Shown one piece after another: positions 58,334 to 64,000 of a stretch of DNA of 64,000 nucleotides. Within the stretch, counting starts at the first letter, position 1. Each line of letters opens with the position of its first letter. A program made the translations under genes and the position numbers. Source of the stretch: Leptospiraceae bacterium (GTDB lineage Bacteria > Spirochaetota > Leptospiria > Leptospirales > Leptonemataceae); the NCBI GenBank assembly GCA_040217195.1, contig JAVJNR010000008.1, forward strand, positions 128,001 through 192,000, read 5' to 3'. The notes beneath the pieces are model-generated. The model saw only the letters and a list, made by a program, of their open reading frames with translations, searched no databases and was not told the origin of the DNA.

Positions 58334-59734
58334 TCACTGGCCTCCGCCCACGAGCAGTTCGCAGCGAAGATAGGGGCCGCCTGCATCCACTTTGGCCGGC
58401 TGTCCCTTACCACAATGGCCGGAGCCAAGATCCCATCTAAAATCAGTACTTACTGCATCTATGCTTTTCAGTACATCAAATGCATTTCCGGAAACAGAGA
58501 CTTTTTGCACCGTTTCTCCAATTTGTCCATTTTTGATTCTTCGAACCCTGGAGGCTCCGAACATGAATTCGCCGGTTGCATCTGCCTGACCGCCTTCCGG
58601 TCCATCGATGAAATACCCATCATCTATGCCCTGAACCATATCTTCCAGTTGATCCTGACCTGGAGCTATGTAGGTATTTCGCATGCGGATGAGCGGCTCA
58701 TCGGAGAATTCCCAGGCTCTGGCATTGCCTGTAGGAGTGGTTCCAAATCTCTCTGCGCTTTCCCGGTTATGTAAGTAGTTAACCAGTTTGCCATCTTTAA
58801 TGACCTCTGTGCGCTGAGTATAGACTCCTTCATCGTCTACAGGCAATTCTCCACCTGCATGAGGCGTATACTCGCTGGCACCGCTATCACACAGGGTTAC
58901 CAGAGGGGAGGCTACCATTTCGCCCAGTTTACCCTGGGCTACAGAACCGGCCTGTACAAAATCTGCTTCTACTGTATGGCCTATGGCTTCATGGCTTAGC
59001 AGACCAACCATGGCCGGTGAAAGAATGACTTTCTTTCTTCCGCCATCCGCGGACTCTGCTTTGAGCAAATCGCTGGCATTTCTGGCTGCAGTTTCAATGT
59101 ATTGCTCCAGAGGACGATTCTGAAACAAACATTGCCAGCCACCGGTGGTTCCCACTGAATCATAGCCTCTGGAGATCCGGCTGCCATCGCCGGCATAGGC
59201 AACAAAACGCAGTTCCGGACGAACCAGACGTACCCAGCAATCGCTACCATCGGTGTTGAATAGATACTTCTCTTCGAATACTTCTGTGTACTGACAGACA
59301 GCCGTTTCAATACTTGAATTGGACTTCCTCAGGTTTTCTTCGGAGTCTCTTACAGTCTGGAACTTTGCTTCCAGGTCCATGGATTGTAGATCAAAATAGC
59401 CATCCAGGTTGAATTCCCCTTTTGCCAGACGATCTGTTCTGGCCAGGGTTACCGGATTCTTTTTTCTCGATGACATGGAGCGAGCCATGGCAGTTGCTTT
59501 TTGCACGGCAGCTTCCAGTCCTGCTTCTGAGAGATCGGAAGTTGAAGCGAAACCCCAGGCCCCTCCATTCAGTACCCGGATTCCGGCGCCTTCAATTTGT
59601 TTAAAAGAGTTTTCATGCAATTCACCTTTTCTAACTCCAAGGGATCGCATTCTGCGATTATGGTACCTGAACTCCAGATAGTCTGGATAACCTGATGCAA
59701 TGTTCTGTATGATTTCGTTTACCGGCCTGGCCAT
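58334..59734 (-). CDS. tldD: TldD metalloprotease
   Basis: HEAIGHTVEAD, DDEG, TGNARA, RMRNTYI, GHCGKGQ. Confidence 0.93.
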   Translation of the reverse strand: MARPVNEIIQNIASGYPDYLEFRYHNRRMRSLGVRKGELHENSFKQIEGAGIRVLNGGAWGFASTSDLSEAGLEAAVQKATAMARSMSSRKKNPVTLARTDRLAKGEFNLDGYFDLQSMDLEAKFQTVRDSEENLRKSNSSIETAVCQYTEVFEEKYLFNTDGSDCWVRLVRPELRFVAYAGDGSRISRGYDSVGTTGGWQCLFQNRPLEQYIETAARNASDLLKAESADGGRKKVILSPAMVGLLSHEAIGHTVEADFVQAGSVAQGKLGEMVASPLVTLCDSGASEYTPHAGGELPVDDEGVYTQRTEVIKDGKLVNYLHNRESAERFGTTPTGNARAWEFSDEPLIRMRNTYIAPGQDQLEDMVQGIDDGYFIDGPEGGQADATGEFMFGASRVRRIKNGQIGETVQKVSVSGNAFDVLKSIDAVSTDFRWDLGSGHCGKGQPAKVDAGGPYLRCELLVGGGQ

Positions 59735-59775
59735 AGATTCAACATAGCGGTACCGAGGTCAGAGGGCAAGATGAT

Positions 59776-61836
59776 TCAATAATTCTTTAGCAATTCCAGA
59801 GCTTCTTCAGCGGGTAGAGGGCGGGAGATAAGATAGCCCTGCACGTATTCACAATTTCGCTCCCTCAGGAAATTCAATTGCGCCTCGGTTTCCACTCCTT
59901 CTGCTACCACTTCCAGGTCCAGACTCTTACCCATAGCCAGAATGGCACTGACGATGGCCGCATCATCCGAGTTATGAGGAATGCTCATCACAAATTCACG
60001 ATCGATCTTCACCGAATTTACAGGAAATTTTTTTAAGTAAGTTAACGATGAAAAGCCGGTTCCAAAATCATCTACGGCGATGCGCAGGCCCATTTCATGG
60101 ATTTCCTGTAACTCTTCAATGGTCTGTTCTACATTTTCCAGGGCCACAGTTTCTGTGAATTCCATTTCCAGAGCGCCGGGAGGGAAGGTTTTATCTTCCA
60201 GTTCCTTTCGCAGAAAGGCAGCCACTGTTCTGGCTCGAAACTCCGTTGGGGAAAGATTTACGGCCACTCGGACTCTATGTCCATCATCATGCCATCGTTG
60301 AAGCTGCTGACTGGCTTCCCGAATAGTCCATTCTCCGATTTTTCCGATCAGTCCTGTGTCTTCAGCCACCGGTAAAAAGCGATCCGGTGAGATCAAACCC
60401 AGCTCCGGATGCGCCCATCGAATCAACGCTTCAAATCCACTTATTTTTCCCGATCGAAGATCTAACTGAGGCTGATAATAGAGTCTGAATTGGCCCGAAT
60501 CCAGGGCCTTGCGCATTAGAATCTCCAGTTGCATTCTTTCCCGGGAAGCCTCGCTGATTTCATGGCTGTAAACCTGAAATACAGAACCTCCTTTTTGCTT
60601 GGCCATCTGCAATGCACTGTGGGCATCTCGAATCAGGCTTTCTGGACCTTCATCTCTGAGCTCGCTGAAAATTACTCCTGCACTGAAGTCCAGGTGCAGT
60701 TCTTCTTCTTTGTAGTACAATGGACGATGCAGCGCTTCTTTGAGGCGGGACTCAACAGCAGAGATTCCGGAACGAGAGTCCACATCTTCGATTAAAACCA
60801 GGAATTCATCGGAGCCCGGCCTGGAGATTGTATCTCCCAGGTTTAAAGCGGATCTAAGTCTCTGGGCAACATCGCTTAGAATGGCATCTCCGCCTCGAAT
60901 TCCAAAGCTTTCATTCAATCGACCGAATCGGTTAATATCAAGGTAGATCAATGCAAAACCTCGACTGGCATGCTTTTCAAATCGAATATAGGATTGTTCC
61001 AGCCGGTCCGAGAAAAGTAATCGGTTGGGTAGACCGGTCAAAGTATCGATCAATCGGAAATCTGTAATATCCGTTTGAGAACCGGCCATTCTTCGTGCTT
61101 GTCCCTGTTCATCCCGGACAGCCTCTCCTCGAATTAGCATCCAGCGATACTGTCCATCCGGCTGCTGAATTCGATATTCGATTCGCAGTTGTTTGAGAGT
61201 ACCATCTCTGTGCTTTAAAATCAAATCCTTGAATGCTGGAGCATCGTCTGGATGGAGCATTTCCCCCCATTGATCGAGAGTCCGGGGAGCCTGTTCTGGA
61301 TTCAGGCCCATCATGGAAAGGAATCTGGAAGAAAAATGAAACTTATCCCGGGCAATATCCCAGTCCCAGATGCCATCATTGGCTCCTTTCATGGCCAGAG
61401 CATATCTTTCTTCACTTTCTTTTAAGGCAGCTTCGATCTTCTTTCTCTCGATGGAGTGTCGCACAGACTTTTTGAGCACCAGAGCATCCATCTCTCCTTT
61501 TACCAGAAAGTCCTGCGCTCCTTCCTTCACCGCGGCAAGTGCAACTTCTCTATCATCTACACCGGAAAGGATTACAACAGGCAAGTCTGGATTGTTCTGA
61601 TGAAATGCACGAAAGGAGTTCAGGCCTTCTCCATCGGGCAAATAAAGATCCAGAAGAACTATATCGAAAGATGCTTCAGAGAGCTTCGCATAAGCTTCTT
61701 TTAGACTGCTGGCGTGCTGAATTTCAAAATCGGATTCCTGCTCCAGGATGGCCAGGGTAAGACGTGCTGCCACAGGATTATCCTCAATGAGCAGCAATTG
61801 AATGGACGGTGATTTCATACCGGGCAGGTCTTCCAT
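59776..61836 (-). CDS. REC-PAS-GGDEF-EAL c-di-GMP signalling protein
   Basis: LLIEDN, LLDLYLPD; GIWDWD/HPDD PAS; DTLTGLPNR, GSDEF; FEALIRW, DDFGTGFSSL, AEGVE. Confidence 0.93.
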   Translation of the reverse strand: MEDLPGMKSPSIQLLLIEDNPVAARLTLAILEQESDFEIQHASSLKEAYAKLSEASFDIVLLDLYLPDGEGLNSFRAFHQNNPDLPVVILSGVDDREVALAAVKEGAQDFLVKGEMDALVLKKSVRHSIERKKIEAALKESEERYALAMKGANDGIWDWDIARDKFHFSSRFLSMMGLNPEQAPRTLDQWGEMLHPDDAPAFKDLILKHRDGTLKQLRIEYRIQQPDGQYRWMLIRGEAVRDEQGQARRMAGSQTDITDFRLIDTLTGLPNRLLFSDRLEQSYIRFEKHASRGFALIYLDINRFGRLNESFGIRGGDAILSDVAQRLRSALNLGDTISRPGSDEFLVLIEDVDSRSGISAVESRLKEALHRPLYYKEEELHLDFSAGVIFSELRDEGPESLIRDAHSALQMAKQKGGSVFQVYSHEISEASRERMQLEILMRKALDSGQFRLYYQPQLDLRSGKISGFEALIRWAHPELGLISPDRFLPVAEDTGLIGKIGEWTIREASQQLQRWHDDGHRVRVAVNLSPTEFRARTVAAFLRKELEDKTFPPGALEMEFTETVALENVEQTIEELQEIHEMGLRIAVDDFGTGFSSLTYLKKFPVNSVKIDREFVMSIPHNSDDAAIVSAILAMGKSLDLEVVAEGVETEAQLNFLRERNCEYVQGYLISRPLPAEEALELLKNY

Positions 61837-61942
61837 AATTCTTCGAAGTGGAATCCGGTAAATAGCTTTACTATATAAAAAGGCAAAATTCGATCCGGTA
61901 CTGAAATACCGGATCGAAACAATGAATTAAGGGTAGGAATGA

Positions 61943-63520
61943 CTATTTGCGCACTTCATCGTACCAGTAGAGCCACTGATTCCGAGTATAGTACTCCTGG
62001 CCGGTTTTTTCCTTTAGCAGGGTATAGATCATTGAGGCAGAAGTGCTTGTAGTATCTGTCTGCCTTAGAGTTTCTATAAGAATATCTACAACCTCGGGTT
62101 CATCTCTGTACCTGAGTGCTCGAATGGCAGCCTGCTTCTGTTTTTCATCGTTTGAGTCCGCAAGCTCTTTCAGGCGATCCAGGGCATCTGTTCCTGGAAT
62201 CTGTCCAATGGCATCGATGGCCATAAACCGAGAGGCCGAATCCCTTTGAGCAACAGTTGTCAGAAAGGATAGGGTGGATGGATCCCGCATCATTCCAATG
62301 GCTTCTACCGAAATCATGGCCAGGCGTTCATCAGAGGAACGAGCGGCCTGCATCAGATCGGGGAGAGCTTCTTTTGCTTCCAGGATTCCCAGTGCCCAGG
62401 CTGCGCCGTATCTACCTTCGCCTTCATCTTCTTTTAGGACTTCCAGAAGAACAGGTACGGATTCCTTGTTCCCCAGCCATCCAAGGGACCGGGCAATGGT
62501 TTCTCTGTCCGGTAACTCGGTGTTTTTAAGTGCCGTTTCAATAGGAGCTCTTGCCTGCGCCACCTTTCTGCGTCCCAGAGCATAGGCTGCCGGCCCAACA
62601 GCGATGGGCGTTTCCCCGTTTAATAGTTGCATGAGGCGGGGATTCAAGGAAGGATCCGGTATTGTGGCTATGATTTCTGCAGCAGCGTATCTTGTATCCC
62701 GACGCTCATTGCTGATCAGCGGAAAAGAAAGGGATGGAGCCCGGCTATCTTTGATTTCCAGGCTGGCCTGAAGCGCATTTTCTCTACCTTTTACAAATTC
62801 GCGATCCAGAGCTGCGATAAGTTCCGGGGTGGCCGGATGATAATCCACTCTACCCAGGGCCAGGTAGGCGGCCGCCAGGTTCGGTCCTGCTTCCAGCTTT
62901 TTAGCCAGCCCAAGCAAATAGGCTCCTGCAGGTGCATAGCCAATCTTTCCCAGAGCCATGATGTATGCTCTTTGCACGTCTGGATCCGGTGACTGCAGAG
63001 CCTGAACCTGCGAAAGAATCAACGGACCGGCGGATCTGGCTTTCATTACTTCCAGCGCTCTTACGGCCTGCAATCGCACGGAATGATTATCGTGTTGAAG
63101 AAACTGCACTACTGTAGGGGCTGTGGATACAACTCCCAGCCTGGTCAGAGCATCCAGTAGAAAGGTTGGATTCTCTCCATTGGGATCCCGTAGCCTGGCG
63201 GCAATAAGAGGTGCAGCTCTGGTCTCGCCAAAATCGGCCAGAGCCAGCGCTGCGGTCTGCCTTACTGCTGGGTGCTCATCCTTATCGAACAATTGATAGA
63301 GGGTTGGAATTACCTCTCGATAGTTTCCATCAATGGCTGCAAGTATTGCGGTGGATCGATCGGACCATACATCGGATTGAAGTGCCTTTTGCACTTCCTC
63401 CAGGCTCTTTGCCTCGGTGTAAGGTGTTTCGCTTTCCGGCATCTGGTCCGGTTTCTCGGGACCGCAATTAAATAGCCATCCTAGCATAAAGAAGATGAGG
63501 AAAATCCTGAGGATTCGCAT
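61943..63520 (-). CDS. HEAT-repeat lipoprotein
   Basis: Lipobox WLFNC; repeated R..AA.ALG HEAT/PBS-lyase units. Confidence 0.88.
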   Translation of the reverse strand: MRILRIFLIFFMLGWLFNCGPEKPDQMPESETPYTEAKSLEEVQKALQSDVWSDRSTAILAAIDGNYREVIPTLYQLFDKDEHPAVRQTAALALADFGETRAAPLIAARLRDPNGENPTFLLDALTRLGVVSTAPTVVQFLQHDNHSVRLQAVRALEVMKARSAGPLILSQVQALQSPDPDVQRAYIMALGKIGYAPAGAYLLGLAKKLEAGPNLAAAYLALGRVDYHPATPELIAALDREFVKGRENALQASLEIKDSRAPSLSFPLISNERRDTRYAAAEIIATIPDPSLNPRLMQLLNGETPIAVGPAAYALGRRKVAQARAPIETALKNTELPDRETIARSLGWLGNKESVPVLLEVLKEDEGEGRYGAAWALGILEAKEALPDLMQAARSSDERLAMISVEAIGMMRDPSTLSFLTTVAQRDSASRFMAIDAIGQIPGTDALDRLKELADSNDEKQKQAAIRALRYRDEPEVVDILIETLRQTDTTSTSASMIYTLLKEKTGQEYYTRNQWLYWYDEVRK

Positions 63521-63529
63521 ATGGTTCGC

Positions 63530-64000
63530 TTATTCCTCCGGAATCTGCTTCATTACCTCTTGATATTGTTCCAGTTCCTTTTTCCATCCAGCTATTTCTT
63601 CGGTGGCCAGATCTTTCTGTTGCTTATCCGGCTCTCCGTTGTTGATGAAATACTCAATAAGCTGGATTCTGGATTCCAGTTCATGGATTCTATATTCAAA
63701 GTACTTTCTTTGCTCCTCCGGCTTAACGGGACTATCCGAAGGTGCATCCGGTCCATCCTGTCCTGGCTCAGCGGAACGAGCTTGCGCTTTACTTGTAGCG
63801 AGTCTGGACTCAACGGAAGCCACCAGATCCAGGGTTTCTCTTCTTTCCTTTTCCTGGGATTCGGACATTGGAGCCTGGAATCGGCTGGGTATGTAAAGAT
63901 TTGTTGGATGCTTGTCTGCGAACTCTTTCCACTGACGGGCCACTTCTTCCCGATCCGGTCGTGGCAGGTAAAGATCTGGCCAGAGACGGCGGATTTCTTC
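63530..64000 (-). CDS. Hypothetical protein, partial (5' end beyond the right edge)
   Basis: Frame is open from 64000 (EEIRRLWPDLYLPRPDREEVARQW...) to the stop at 63530. Confidence 0.75.
   Translation of the reverse strand, partial: EEIRRLWPDLYLPRPDREEVARQWKEFADKHPTNLYIPSRFQAPMSESQEKERRETLDLVASVESRLATSKAQARSAEPGQDGPDAPSDSPVKPEEQRKYFEYRIHELESRIQLIEYFINNGEPDKQQKDLATEEIAGWKKELEQYQEVMKQIPEE

Overview
Chromosomal window from a probable Leptospiraceae-like spirochaete, inferred from spirochaete-type lipoprotein signal peptides, lolE-lolD-mcsAB-clpC synteny and rRNA-unlinked tRNA-Ile/tRNA-Ala. Positions 1-18.2 kb are core genes: TPR proteins, lolE/lolD, an McsA-McsB fusion, clpC, mtaB, a Lys/Ala-rich histone-H1-like protein and tRNA-Ile. 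An accessory tract (about 18.3-41.3 kb) follows. It holds beta-propeller lipoproteins (one apparently CTG-initiated, one split by an intact IS66 with an 8-bp TSD), an older inverted IS66 remnant, desaturase/plsC, a GH5 and a defence island. The island has a type I R-M system whose HsdM carries an in-frame DUF559 endonuclease insert led by two palindromic repeats. Next comes a 6.3-kb block bracketed by a 12-bp direct repeat, containing a nuclease-less operon (DNA methyltransferase, MORC-like GHKL ATPase, methyltransferase-fold protein; the best candidate for an undescribed system) and a duplicated, frameshifted HIRAN gene flanking two cargo genes. A ~200-nt structured RNA candidate lies just upstream of rtcB. 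The right part has an MbnP/MbnH copper cluster led by a CxxC...RPPP leader gene, a giant coiled-coil GAF/kinase-like protein, tRNA-Ala, two cyclase-fold genes, tldD/tldE, a REC-PAS-GGDEF-EAL protein and a HEAT-repeat lipoprotein. All calls are from motif reading by eye; no database searches or folding programs were run.
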